Shown here in pieces: positions 1 through 8,707 of a DNA stretch of 64,000 bases. Under the pieces are notes generated by a model. That model had not been told where the DNA came from and did no database searches. It saw only the letters and a list, made by a program, of their open reading frames with translations. Position 1 is the first letter of the stretch, and every line of letters starts with the position of its first letter. The stretch is from Chloroflexota bacterium (GTDB taxonomy: Bacteria; Chloroflexota; Dehalococcoidia; UBA2979), in assembly GCA_027593235.1 (NCBI GenBank), contig JAQCIU010000001.1, positions 103,132 through 167,131 on the forward strand, read 5' to 3'. Both the position numbers and the translations under genes were made by a program.

Positions 1-625
1 GGCGATTCGCCTCGGGCGGCTGGTCGTGGAACTGATGCCGGGCGAGCCGGAGGCGATCGGGCTGCTGGCGCTGATGCTGCTGCACGACGCGCGCCGGATG
101 GCGCGCACCGGCCCGGACGGCGACCTCGTAACGCTCGAGGAGCAAGACCGCACGACCTGGGACCGCGCCCAGATCGACGAGGGCGTGGCGCTGATCCACC
201 GTGCGGCCGCGTTGCGGCGACCGGGCGCGTACCAGGTACAGGCGGCGATCGCCGCGATTCACGCGGAGGCGGAGACGCCGGAACACACCGACTGGCACGA
301 AATCGCGTTGCTCTACAACGCGCTGCTGGGAATGCAGCCAACGGCGGTGGTCGAGCTGAACCGCGCCGTGGCGGTCGCGATGGCGTTCGGCATCGAGGGC
401 GGGCTGCGGATGCTCGATCGGCTCGCCGACGACCCGGAGCTGGCGGGCTACCATCTGCTCGATTCGGCGCGCGCGGATCTGCTGCGGCGCGCCGGGCGGT
501 TCGAAGAGGCGGCGAGCGCGTACCGCCGCGCCCTCGCGAGTTGCGAGCACCCGGTGGAGCGCCGCTACCTCGAACGGCGGCTCGCCGAGGTGTCGGCCGC
601 CCGACGAGAGATCGAGGGGAGCTGA
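1..625 (+). CDS. ECF-type RNA polymerase sigma factor, C-terminal TPR-like/DUF6596-type domain (COG4941-like); 5' end cut by window edge
   Basis: The ORF is open from nt 2 in the same frame as track ORF 26..625. It carries the motif YQVQAAIAAIHAEA and a helical repeat tail typical of this sigma subfamily, and ends at TGA 623-625. Confidence 0.75.
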   Translation, partial: AIRLGRLVVELMPGEPEAIGLLALMLLHDARRMARTGPDGDLVTLEEQDRTTWDRAQIDEGVALIHRAAALRRPGAYQVQAAIAAIHAEAETPEHTDWHEIALLYNALLGMQPTAVVELNRAVAVAMAFGIEGGLRMLDRLADDPELAGYHLLDSARADLLRRAGRFEEAASAYRRALASCEHPVERRYLERRLAEVSAARREIEGS

Positions 626-627
626 CG

Positions 628-669
628 ATGGCAGAGGACTCCGAGTACGGAGCGCCGTCGCGGAGGTGA
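628..669 (+). pseudogene. 13-codon remnant of a tag-like gene start (MAEDSEYGAPSRR*)
   Basis: It is coupled to the sigma stop (TGAcgATG). It is near-identical to the first 12 codons of the intact tag gene at 1828, then diverges into a stop. Confidence 0.5.
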
Positions 670-698
670 TCGCCGATCGTTCCAGGCGCTGAGCGTCG

Positions 699-1163
699 CT
701 AGGCCGTGCGGCGGCGCCTGAGTATCGCATCGAGAACGGTGAGCGGTCCGAATGTGGTCGCGGTCCATCCGGCGATCATCCAGTTCACGCTGAATCCGAG
801 CCCGAAAGTCGCGCCAACCCAGGCCAGCGAGAGCACGATCCAACCCGCGGCGACGATCGCTTCCGCGCGGTCCGGGTTTGGACGGGTTCCCATGTCGCTG
901 AACCAGCAGCGGAGGAAGCCACGTCCCTTACGGTATTCGGCCGCAACCGCGGACGGCTCGCCGAACGCGAGCGCCGCGTCATTGAACGCCCCGTCCAGTT
1001 CCTGCCCCTCGTCGATTTGCGACTGGACGGCGGTCCGCAGGTGGTCGGTGAGTTCGTCGAGGTGCGGGGCGACATGCGGGTCCACGCGCTGCGCATCTTC
1101 TGCCCACCGTTCGAGCCGTTGCTCGAGGTCCGGCGGCGTGGAGTCGGGTGAGTGGTCAGACAT
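699..1163 (-). CDS. Membrane sensor-like protein, N-terminal helical 'permease prefix'/DUF1700 (HAAS)-like domain plus C-terminal TM segments, partner of PadR
   Basis: An internal ATG at 1163 overlaps the padR stop by 8 nt. The N-terminus is a soluble helical region (LDELTDHLRTAVQSQIDEG...FGEPSAVAAEYRK) followed by hydrophobic helices. The track ORF 699..1241 is probably over-extended. Confidence 0.6.
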   Translation of the reverse strand: MSDHSPDSTPPDLEQRLERWAEDAQRVDPHVAPHLDELTDHLRTAVQSQIDEGQELDGAFNDAALAFGEPSAVAAEYRKGRGFLRCWFSDMGTRPNPDRAEAIVAAGWIVLSLAWVGATFGLGFSVNWMIAGWTATTFGPLTVLDAILRRRRTA

Positions 1164-1503
1164 GGGTGCCTCCAACCGGGCGCGGGATGAGCGCGCCAAG
1201 CAGCGCGTTGACTGCGGCGAAGCCGGCGCGGTGTTCTTCAAGTTGTCGTTCGCCCGCGGGGAGCAGGCGGTAGTACTTGCGGCGGCGGCCGGAGGGGGCG
1301 GTGCCGTCGTATGCCTCGATCAGTCCTTGTTGATCGAGGCGGTGGAGCAGGGGATAAAGCATCCCCTCTTTCCATTCCAATTGACCGTCGGAGAGGTCGC
1401 GGACATTCCTGATGATCGCGTAGCCGTAGCTGTCGCCACGATGGAGCAGCGACAACACCAGCGGTGTCGCGGAGGCAGCCATCAGGTCCTTCGGTAGCTG
1501 CAC
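1156..1503 (-). CDS. PadR family transcriptional regulator
   Basis: The 115-aa product has a winged-HTH signature (GDSYGYAIIRNVRDLSDGQLEWKEGMLYPLLHRLDQQGLIEA...RRKYYRLLPAG). Confidence 0.9.
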   Translation of the reverse strand: MQLPKDLMAASATPLVLSLLHRGDSYGYAIIRNVRDLSDGQLEWKEGMLYPLLHRLDQQGLIEAYDGTAPSGRRRKYYRLLPAGERQLEEHRAGFAAVNALLGALIPRPVGGTHV

Positions 1504-1519
1504 GCAGCGCCCTTGGTCT

Positions 1520-1564
1520 TACCTATATGTTCTAGGTATCGAGAGTACCTATTCGTTCTAGGCA
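1520..1564. promoter_or_regulatory. Two tandem 19-nt inverted-repeat boxes (TACCTA-N7-TAGGTA and TACCTA-N7-TAGGCA) in the AT-rich padR upstream region; candidate PadR operators
   Basis: Read directly: 1520-1538 is tacctatatgttctaggta and 1546-1564 is tacctattcgttctaggca. They lie 17-60 nt upstream of the padR start, in a locally AT-rich patch. Confidence 0.45.
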
Positions 1565-1652
1565 TGACAACTCCCACGGACCCACAACGGGGCGCGCCCT
1601 GTGCGCGTGGTCTCGGGCGGGGGCGGCTATCGTGTTCCGATGCTGCGCGACG

Positions 1653-1827
1653 TGCGACGGATGGCGCGGACTGGCCCGGCCGGCGACCTCGTGACCCTCG
1701 AGGAGCAAGACCGGACGATTTGGGATCGCGCGCAGATCGACGAGGGTGTCGCGGTGGAGCGACGCTACCTCGAACGGCGGCTCGCCGAGGTGTCGGCCGC
1801 CCGACGAGAGATCGAGGGGAGCTGACG
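1653..1827 (+). pseudogene. Internally deleted copy of the sigma-factor C-terminus (inside track ORF 1601..1825)
   Basis: Nt 1653-1752 resemble sigma nt 91-190, and nt 1752-1827 are near-identical to sigma nt 552-627. The product reads RRMARTGPAGDLVTLEEQDRTIWDRAQIDEGVA joined to VERRYLERRLAEVSAARREIEGS. Confidence 0.7.
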
Positions 1828-2322
1828 ATGGCAGAGGAATCCGAGTACGGGGCGCCGCCGCGGATCAAACCAAAGCGCCTGGGCGACTACCTTGACGTGA
1901 TGAGCAAGTCCGTCTTCCAGAGCGGCATGTCCTGGAAGGTGGTCGAGGCGAAGTGGGACACCACCCGCGAGGCGTTCCACGATTTCGATGCCGAGCGCGT
2001 CGCGTCGATGAGCGAAGCGGAGATCGATGCCCTCGCGAGCGACACCCGCGTGATCCGCAACCGGCGCAAGCTCGAAGCGGTCGTCAGCAACGCGGCGCGG
2101 CTGATCGAGCTGGACGCCGAGCACGGCACCTTCCGGAAGTACCTGCGCTCGCAGCCGGACTTCGAAGCGACCGTGAAGATGCTGAAACAGGACTTCAAGT
2201 TCCTGGGTGACATGGGCAGCTACGTGATGCTCTACGTAGTGGGCGAGCCGGTGCCGTCGCACCAGGAGTGGACGGCGACGCAGGTGGAGCGTCGGTCACG
2301 GCAGGCGCGTCCGAAGCGGTAA
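1828..2322 (+). CDS. tag: DNA-3-methyladenine glycosylase I
   Basis: The product has Tag-family sequence (DYLDVMSKSVFQSGMSWKVVEAKW...IRNRRKLEAVVSNA...DFKFLG). ATG 1828 is coupled to the upstream TGA. The upstream part of track ORF 1513..2322 has non-coding-like composition. Confidence 0.85.
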   Translation: MAEESEYGAPPRIKPKRLGDYLDVMSKSVFQSGMSWKVVEAKWDTTREAFHDFDAERVASMSEAEIDALASDTRVIRNRRKLEAVVSNAARLIELDAEHGTFRKYLRSQPDFEATVKMLKQDFKFLGDMGSYVMLYVVGEPVPSHQEWTATQVERRSRQARPKR

Positions 2323-2391
2323 CTGTCGTTGGTGGAAATCCGGTCGAGCGGAGGGCGTTGTCGCCCCAACGGTTTCGGTGTGCTCAGCCTG

Positions 2392-3048
2392 CTACCTGTA
2401 GATGATGCTCCAGAAGTGCTCAGTCGCTCGCTCAGCGAGGAGCATTGCAGGGAAGAGCAGCGCCACGGCGAGGATCCGTCCCCTCCAGTCACCCGTCAGT
2501 AGCAGCACCGATGCCGCTGCGAGAACGACATCGATCACGGCTTGCACCGGATGGAACGGGAAGTCGCTCGGGAGGTCGATCGTGAGTTCGTTCCAGTACT
2601 GACGGAGCGGACCATCAGCGAGGATCGCGCCGGCGACGAGTGAGGCGACGAGCGCAGCCGCCCATCCGCGTCGCCGATAGCTGAGCGAGACAACTGCTGC
2701 TCCGGGCGGCGCCAGCACGAGTGCCACTCCCGTCCAGATGTAGACGAAATGGCCGCCGCCAAAGCCGAGCACTGCCTCCGAGTAGGTGTAGTACGAGACG
2801 ACGGTCGCCAGGAAGAAGAGCGCGGCACCGAGGATCGCGGCGGCCGACGAGGAAGCGAAACGACCGATCAGCAGGCCGACGAAGATCCATGTTCCCGGGT
2901 AGGTCCCGAGGTCACTCGCCCATTGCCGTGAGGATTCGTCGGCCGCCTTCGCGCCGAGGCCGCAGGCAAGCGCGACGACGACGAGAGCGCCGAGCTTCGA
3001 CACCGTGATCGCGGTGGCGCCCCTTCGCCGGAACAGACGCTCGACCAC
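2392..3048 (-). CDS. Hypothetical polytopic membrane protein
   Basis: The 218-aa ORF has 5-6 hydrophobic helices and high third-position GC. I did not recognise a family. Confidence 0.55.
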   Translation of the reverse strand: MVERLFRRRGATAITVSKLGALVVVALACGLGAKAADESSRQWASDLGTYPGTWIFVGLLIGRFASSSAAAILGAALFFLATVVSYYTYSEAVLGFGGGHFVYIWTGVALVLAPPGAAVVSLSYRRRGWAAALVASLVAGAILADGPLRQYWNELTIDLPSDFPFHPVQAVIDVVLAAASVLLLTGDWRGRILAVALLFPAMLLAERATEHFWSIIYR

Positions 3049-3203
3049 GCGCCCCTCCGCCTCGACGCCCAGCGAGCTGACCCTGTACGCGCGATGATCT
3101 TCTCACCGTGAGCGGCGGCGGTCACGCAAATCAGGACTGGATGAAATCGCCGAGGCAGCGCTCGCCGAAGCCGGCGTCGCGCTCGGAGAACAGATGTCGC
3201 GTT

Positions 3204-3515
3204 CTAAGACGCGGCGCGCACTGCGTCGGCGATCCATTGCCGTTCCGGGAGGCCGCGCAGGCCCTCGGAAGTGGCGTAGAGGCGGCAGCGCGGCGTGCAG
3301 TCGGCGCACTCCGTCCAGCCGGGCTCCACGTCGTGGCCGTTGACGCGGATCGTTGGTGAACCGGGGAAGACCGTGGCGATGCCGGTCGCCTCGTCGGGGA
3401 CCTCGACGCGTTCGATCGCGGCGCTGATGCCGGCATCCGCGAGGACGTCGCGCAGCATCGCCTCCGCCAGCGCGTGGTTGGGGCAGTCCTCGAACCAGAG
3501 CAGTTCAATCTTCAT
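3204..3515 (-). CDS. Small thioredoxin-fold protein (MKIELLWFEDCPNH type)
   Basis: An internal ATG at 3515 gives 103 aa. The N-terminal beta-strand plus CP motif and the later CxxC-like CADC resemble small glutaredoxin/thioredoxin-like proteins. The upstream part of the track ORF looks non-coding. Confidence 0.5.
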   Translation of the reverse strand: MKIELLWFEDCPNHALAEAMLRDVLADAGISAAIERVEVPDEATGIATVFPGSPTIRVNGHDVEPGWTECADCTPRCRLYATSEGLRGLPERQWIADAVRAAS

Positions 3516-3649
3516 ATGGCAGCTCCCGGTGATCGGATTATCGCGCGCTGTCCGTCGCCCGTTGGATTGGCGATCACCTCGGGGGCTTGCGCGGGCATGC
3601 GAAACTGCCGAGGTGAGACACCGGTGAGGGCGTGGACGGAGCAGCAGCA

Positions 3650-3937
3650 ATGGCAAGAGCGACGATCAACGGTCACGTGCTGGCAGAGTCCGACGAGTTC
3701 GAGGTGGTTGAGGGGAACGTCTACTTCCCGCCGTCGGCGGTGAAGCAGGAGCTGTTCGCGCCGAACCCCAGCCACACCATCTGTTCCTGGAAGGGCGAGG
3801 CGTCGTACTACGACATCGTCGTGGATGGCGAACTCTTCGAGGGGCGGGCTTGGTTCTACCCGGATCCGATGGCGGCCGCGGAGAACATCCGCGATTACGT
3901 GGCGTTCTACTCGCCGCCGGTCAGCGTCGAGCGCTAG
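3650..3937 (+). CDS. DUF427 domain protein
   Basis: The N-terminus MARATINGHVLAESDEFEVVEGNVYFP and the C-terminus ENIRDYVAFY match the DUF427 pattern. Confidence 0.75.
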   Translation: MARATINGHVLAESDEFEVVEGNVYFPPSAVKQELFAPNPSHTICSWKGEASYYDIVVDGELFEGRAWFYPDPMAAAENIRDYVAFYSPPVSVER

Positions 3938-3975
3938 CACCTCGGCGGCAGCGGTCACCCTCGAGGGTGCCGGCG

Positions 3976-4422
3976 CTACGGAACGATCGTCGAGCAGTTG
4001 TTGAAGGTGTCGCCGGCCTGGCCACCGCCGTAGCAACTGTCGGTCTCACCGCCGCCATCGAGCGCGTCATCGTCCGCGCCGCCCAGCAGCACGTCGTTGC
4101 CGGTGCCCCCGGTGAGATCATCGATACCGCCGCCGCCGACGATGCAGTCGTCGCCACCAGCGCCGTCGATCACGTCCGCGCCGGCACTGCCGGTGATCAG
4201 GTCGTTCGCGCCGGTCCCGGTGAGCGTTCCGGCGCCGGAGACGAGATTCGTCAGCGCCATCCCGAAGCATTCGGGCGGGGCCATGTCCTGCACGGTCACG
4301 GCGGTCGCCTGCTCGGCGACGCTGCTGTTTGGGGTGAGGTTCGCGGCCGTGGACGCCTGCGGACCGTTCTCGATGACGGCGAAGACGACGAGCACGATCA
4401 CGGTGGCGGCGATCAAGCGCAT
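3976..4422 (-). CDS. Small secreted calcium-binding protein with hemolysin-type (RTX-like) GGxGxD repeats
   Basis: There is an N-terminal hydrophobic signal/anchor, followed by TGSAGADVIDGAGGDDCIVGGGGIDDLTGGTGNDVLLGGADDDALDGGG. Confidence 0.7.
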   Translation of the reverse strand: MRLIAATVIVLVVFAVIENGPQASTAANLTPNSSVAEQATAVTVQDMAPPECFGMALTNLVSGAGTLTGTGANDLITGSAGADVIDGAGGDDCIVGGGGIDDLTGGTGNDVLLGGADDDALDGGGETDSCYGGGQAGDTFNNCSTIVP

Positions 4423-4557
4423 GGCGATCCCTCTGACCGGATCGTCGCCGTCTTCGCGGGTTGTCTGACTGAGGGAATCCCCGGCCTCCGGGGGCGGACG
4501 GGCGGATCGCTGCTAACGGGAGACGAGCGATAGCAGCCGGGCGGCTATCGTGAATCG

Positions 4558-6093
4558 ATGCTGACGGCGCTGGTCCACCCGTCCGATCGCATGCGGCTGG
4601 CGCTGCTGCTGCTGCTCGCCGGCGCTTCGACGGCGATCTATGCCTCGTTGACCGTGGTGATGTCGCTCCACGAGTTCTTCCCGGGGCCGGGCGTGACGCT
4701 GGATTTCCAGTTCATGCTGGGCGACGACTGGGTGGCGAACACGTGGCGGCTCTACGGCTCCTTCGTCGCGCTCTTCGCGCTCTGGGGCGTGGCGCTGGTC
4801 CTCGTCGCACCGCTCGCACCATCGAGGTGGGCGGTCGGCGTGATCGCCCTCGGCGGGGTCGCGATGGCGGCGGCGCTCGTGCCGATGTACCCGCCGTTCG
4901 CGGTCGACTTCTTCCACTACCTGGGCGAGGGGCGGTTGCTCTGGGTCGAGGGTGAGAACCCGATGGTCCGTGGTCCCGGCGAGTTCTTTCCGATCGGGAT
5001 GAGCTACGGCAACGAGCCGTCGGCGTACGGGCCGCTCTGGTACTGGACGCTCGGTCCGCCGGTACTCGCCGGCGGCGACGACTTCCCTCGATCTCTGCTG
5101 CTGCTGAAGGCGTGGATGGCAGGCTGGGTCGCGCTGTGTGCGTTCCTCGGCGCACTGATCTCGAGGCAGATCGGGCAGACCTCGCGCGCGTCACGGGGCG
5201 CGGAGGCGACGACGTAGGCGCGCGGTCGCGAGTTGCTGGTGGCGGTGGCGATCGCGTGGAAGCCGTACGTGCTCTGGCGGGTAGCTGGAAACGGGCACAA
5301 CGACATCGTGATGATGGCGTTCGCGCTGGTGGCCGTGTGGTTCGCGGTGGGCGGGGCGTGGCGCTGGGTGCTGCCGGCGCTCGCGGCATCGATCCTCGTG
5401 AAGTACGTGTCGCTGCTGCTGGTCCCGGCGTTCGCGATCTTCCTGCTGCGCCGCACCTCCGAGGAGCGGCGGGCGCTGTTGCCGGATCTGGCCATCGGCG
5501 GTGTGGTCGCGTTGGTCCTCGTGGGCGTCGCGTTCGCGCCCATGTGTGACGGGATCGCGACCTTCGACCAGGTGCGGGCGCAGTCCGACCGGATCATCAC
5601 GAGCTTCCCCGATCTGATCTCGATCGCGGTGCACGGGTGGTTCGACGTGTCGCCGGAGCGCGCGGACGAGATCGGGTTACGCGTCGGCGCCGCGTTGTTC
5701 GTGGTCGCGGCCGCGCTGTTGCTCTGGCGCCAGCGGCCGGGTCCCGAGGCGCTGATCGCGACTGCGGCCTCCGTGATCCTGGCGTACACGTTGCTGGGTA
5801 TTGGCTGGTTTCGGCCCTGGTATTTCCTCTGGGTCGTCACGCTGGCGGCGCTGCTGCCCGGCCGCTGGTGGCTGGCGCTGGTGGTGGTGACGTCGATCGC
5901 CGGGCTCGCGCCGGACGTGGCAGAGAAGTACGCGGTGTTCATCGGCGGGCTGCGCCCGCTGACCGAGCTGCATCCCTCGTTGCCGGCGATGCTGGCGCAG
6001 TTCCTGCCGCCGGCGCTGCTCTGGGCGTTCGCGCTGGGCCGCACCCGCAGCACGCGGCTAGTGTCCGGGGCCTCGGGAGCGACGGCGGACTAG
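4558..6093 (+). pseudogene. GT-C fold membrane glycosyl/mannosyltransferase (DUF2029/GT87-like) interrupted by one in-frame TAG at 5215-5217
   Basis: Track ORFs 4558..5217 and 5233..6093 are in the same frame (both start at position = 1 mod 3) and are separated only by TAG plus 5 codons. The conserved GHNDIVMM motif follows the stop. Both halves are polytopic with high third-position GC. Confidence 0.7.
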
Positions 6094-6191
6094 CTCCCAG
6101 CGAGGACGAATGTCGCCTCGATGTGCGCGCGTTCGGCGAGTTCCGCGACTAGCGCCTGCACCGCCGCGGCGTCGGCAACCGCGGCCGCGAT

Positions 6192-7259
6192 CTACGCGGG
6201 GATAGCGCCCGGCGTGACGTCACGTTCGAGGAGCGCGGACAGCCGTCGGGTGGTGGCCGCATCGACGCGCGAGAGCAACGGCTGCACGCCGCGGAGGAAT
6301 GCGCCACCGCGCGCCAGATCGCGTGCCCGCTGCTCGGGGCTCGCCTGTCCCTGGGCGGCGGCGACGCCCTCGAGGGCGATGCCCTCCAGCGCGGTACGGA
6401 GCAAGGCGACGTGCACGACGTCGTGAGCATCGCGGACGGCCGCGGTGTCGCCGCTGGCGGCGGCGGCGGAGCCCGCGAGGATGGCGGCGAGCGTCTCTTC
6501 GTTGAGGACGCCGTTCAGCGCCGGCGCACCCTGAAGGATCACCCAGACGCGATCCCACTCGTGCGGGGCGCCAAAGGCGCGATCGAGATCGCCGACGCTG
6601 GTCAGCCGTTCGCCGGCCTCGAGGGCGACGAGCGCGCGGACGAGCGGCACCTCGATCGCGAAGAGGTTCGATAGGACGGCGGCGCGATCGGCGGCGGAGC
6701 GGTCGGCGAACTCGCCGCTGCCGCTGATCGCGGCGAGCGCGCGATCGGTCAGCCATGCGGCGGATCCGAACTCCTCGATGTAACTGGCGCCGAGGGGCCC
6801 GGTCGCGGCGGAGGCCGCGACCGCGGCGAGCGACGGCGGGACGGCGCTGCCGATTGGCGCGGGCGCGGCCTCGTAGGCCTCGCGCACGGCGTCCCAGTCG
6901 ACGGTGGCGGGATCGAGGAGCAGGCCGCTGAGCTGCTCGATCGCGGCGTTGGTACGAACCTCGAAGGACACGTCGGAGGCGGGCGTGTAAGGGCCGAGGG
7001 GCTGTCCGGCCGCGCCGGGGATGCCCTCGGCGTTGACGATCACTGGCTCGGTGGGTGTGGGTGGCGGATCGCCGGGGCGCGGCACTTCGCCGCAGGCGGC
7101 GCCGAGGATGGTCGCGACGACGGCTAGGGCGACGAGTGCTCGCAAGCGGCGCAGGCGACGCAGACCGCGCGAGCAGGGCACCCGGGAGGCGTGAGGTGCG
7201 CCGGTTGCGCTGGGCGTGTGGGCATTGACCTGCGTCAACGCGCGCCGTAGCGTTGGCAT
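6192..7259 (-). CDS. Hypothetical lipoprotein
   Basis: The signal peptide carries a lipobox (VATILGAAC), followed by a Pro-rich linker and an Ala-rich helical domain of unrecognised family. Confidence 0.6.
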   Translation of the reverse strand: MPTLRRALTQVNAHTPSATGAPHASRVPCSRGLRRLRRLRALVALAVVATILGAACGEVPRPGDPPPTPTEPVIVNAEGIPGAAGQPLGPYTPASDVSFEVRTNAAIEQLSGLLLDPATVDWDAVREAYEAAPAPIGSAVPPSLAAVAASAATGPLGASYIEEFGSAAWLTDRALAAISGSGEFADRSAADRAAVLSNLFAIEVPLVRALVALEAGERLTSVGDLDRAFGAPHEWDRVWVILQGAPALNGVLNEETLAAILAGSAAAASGDTAAVRDAHDVVHVALLRTALEGIALEGVAAAQGQASPEQRARDLARGGAFLRGVQPLLSRVDAATTRRLSALLERDVTPGAIPA

Positions 7260-7309
7260 ATCATCACGTCAGTGGTGATGCAGCGATGCATCGATTGGCT
7301 TCCGCCGAT

Positions 7310-7410
7310 CGGTCCTGCCGCTGGGGGGGCCGCAAGGCTGAGATTCCGGACACCGGAACCACCCCAGGAACCTGATCTCGGTAATCCGAGCGTAGGGAAG
7401 CGGTGTATGT
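7310..7410 (+). promoter_or_regulatory. TPP (THI-box) riboswitch aptamer
   Basis: Read directly: CUGGGGGGGCCGCAAGGCUGAGAUUCCGGACACCGGAACCACCCCAGGAACCUGAUCUCGGUAAUCCGAGCGUAGGGAAGCGG. This matches the conserved CUGAGA, ACCUGAUCNGGNUAAUNCC and GCGNAGGGAA blocks. P1 is ccgcu/agcgg. Confidence 0.9.
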
Positions 7411-7524
7411 CGAAGATGTGGACCTCCGGGCCCGACCGTTCGCGTACCTCTCGTACTTCTCTTCGTGATCGATTCTCTGATCCGTTCCTTCGCGGCGCAT
7501 CCGTGCAGCCGAAGGAGGAGCGGA

Positions 7525-7830
7525 ATGCTTGCAGAGATCCAGGTACTGCCGAACCCCCCGGGAACGCCCGAGGACTACTACCGACACGTTGAGGCGGCGA
7601 TCGCGGTCATCCAGACCTCGGGCATCACCTACGAGGTCGATGCCCTCGGCACGACGCTCGACGGTGACGCCGACGCCATCTGGGCCACCCTACGCCGTGC
7701 GCACGAAGCCGTGCTGGCGGCCGGCGCCGACAGCGTAGTGACGGTGGTGAAACTGGCCCAATCCGGAGCCACTCGTCCCGACGCCACGATCGAGTCGCTG
7801 ACCGGAAAGTTCCGCGAGGGCGCCTCGTGA
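7525..7830 (+). CDS. MTH1187/YkoF-like thiamine/HMP-binding protein
   Basis: MLAEIQVLPNP... and the ACT-like fold pattern fit this family. ATG 7525 is preceded by GAAGGAGGAG. It is the first gene after the TPP riboswitch. Confidence 0.75.
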   Translation: MLAEIQVLPNPPGTPEDYYRHVEAAIAVIQTSGITYEVDALGTTLDGDADAIWATLRRAHEAVLAAGADSVVTVVKLAQSGATRPDATIESLTGKFREGAS

Positions 7831-8615
7831 CCGGCGCGCTGCCGCGCGTGCGGCGGCTGGCGTGGGAGCTGCTCCCGGCCGCGATCTTCCTCGTGCTCGC
7901 GATCGCGGGCTGGGAGATCTGGGTCCGCGCGCGTGACGTGCCGAGCTACCTCGTGCCCGCGCCGAGCGAGCTGTGGCAGGCCTTCCTCGATCAGCGTGGG
8001 ACGCTGCCGGCGCACACGCGAACGACGCTCAGCGAGGCAATGCTCGGGCTGTTCTTCGCCGCGGTGCTCGGCGTCGTGCTGGCGGCGCTGATCGCCAGCG
8101 TGCCGATCGCGCGCCGGGTGCTGTACCCGCTGCTGGTGCTGAGCCAGAACATCCCGGTGCTGGTGCTCGCGCCGTTGCTGGCCGTCTGGTTCGGCTTCGG
8201 CATGACGCCGAAGGTCGTGATCGTCGTGCTGATCGGCTTCTTCCCGATCGCCGTGAACACCGCCGACGGCCTGCTCCGCGCCGACCGCGAGATGGTCGAC
8301 CTGGTGCGGAGCATGGGCGCGAGTCGCTGGCAGGTGCTGCGAACGGTGCTGGTGCCCTCGGCGGTGCCATCGTTTTTCGCGGGGCTCCAGATCGGCGCGG
8401 CCTACGCCGTGATCGGCGCGGTGATCGCGGAGTGGATGGGCGCCAGCAGCGGTCTGGGCCTGTTCATCACCCGCTCGCAGCGAGCGTTCCGTACCGACCA
8501 GATCTTCATGGCGGTGGTGCTGATCGCCCTCGTGAGCATCGCGCTCTTCGCGTGCGTGCAGTTGCTCGCCCGCCTCGTCATGCCCTGGCGCCAGGCAGGC
8601 GCTGAGACCAATTGA
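7827..8615 (+). CDS. thiX: ABC transporter permease (NitT/TauT family), ThiX-like
   Basis: The product has 6 TM helices and an EAA-like loop (DGLLRADREMVDLVRSMGASRWQ). Its start overlaps the upstream stop by 4 nt. Confidence 0.8.
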   Translation: MTGALPRVRRLAWELLPAAIFLVLAIAGWEIWVRARDVPSYLVPAPSELWQAFLDQRGTLPAHTRTTLSEAMLGLFFAAVLGVVLAALIASVPIARRVLYPLLVLSQNIPVLVLAPLLAVWFGFGMTPKVVIVVLIGFFPIAVNTADGLLRADREMVDLVRSMGASRWQVLRTVLVPSAVPSFFAGLQIGAAYAVIGAVIAEWMGASSGLGLFITRSQRAFRTDQIFMAVVLIALVSIALFACVQLLARLVMPWRQAGAETN

Positions 8616-8707
8616 GGGCGCCGAACGGCGTTGAAACGAACCGAGAACTGAGAACGACCGTGCCGCGACGGGGACAAACGCGGCGCGGTCGCCAGAGAGG
8701 AACTGAG

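Noticed and set aside
1513-1827. The 105-codon N-terminal extension of the tag ORF (track ORF 1513..2322).
   Set aside because: The extension is Arg/Gly/Pro-rich. It runs through the AT-rich padR promoter and, out of frame, through the duplicated sigma fragment. The Tag-family sequence begins at ATG 1828, which is coupled to the upstream TGA exactly as at 625-630.
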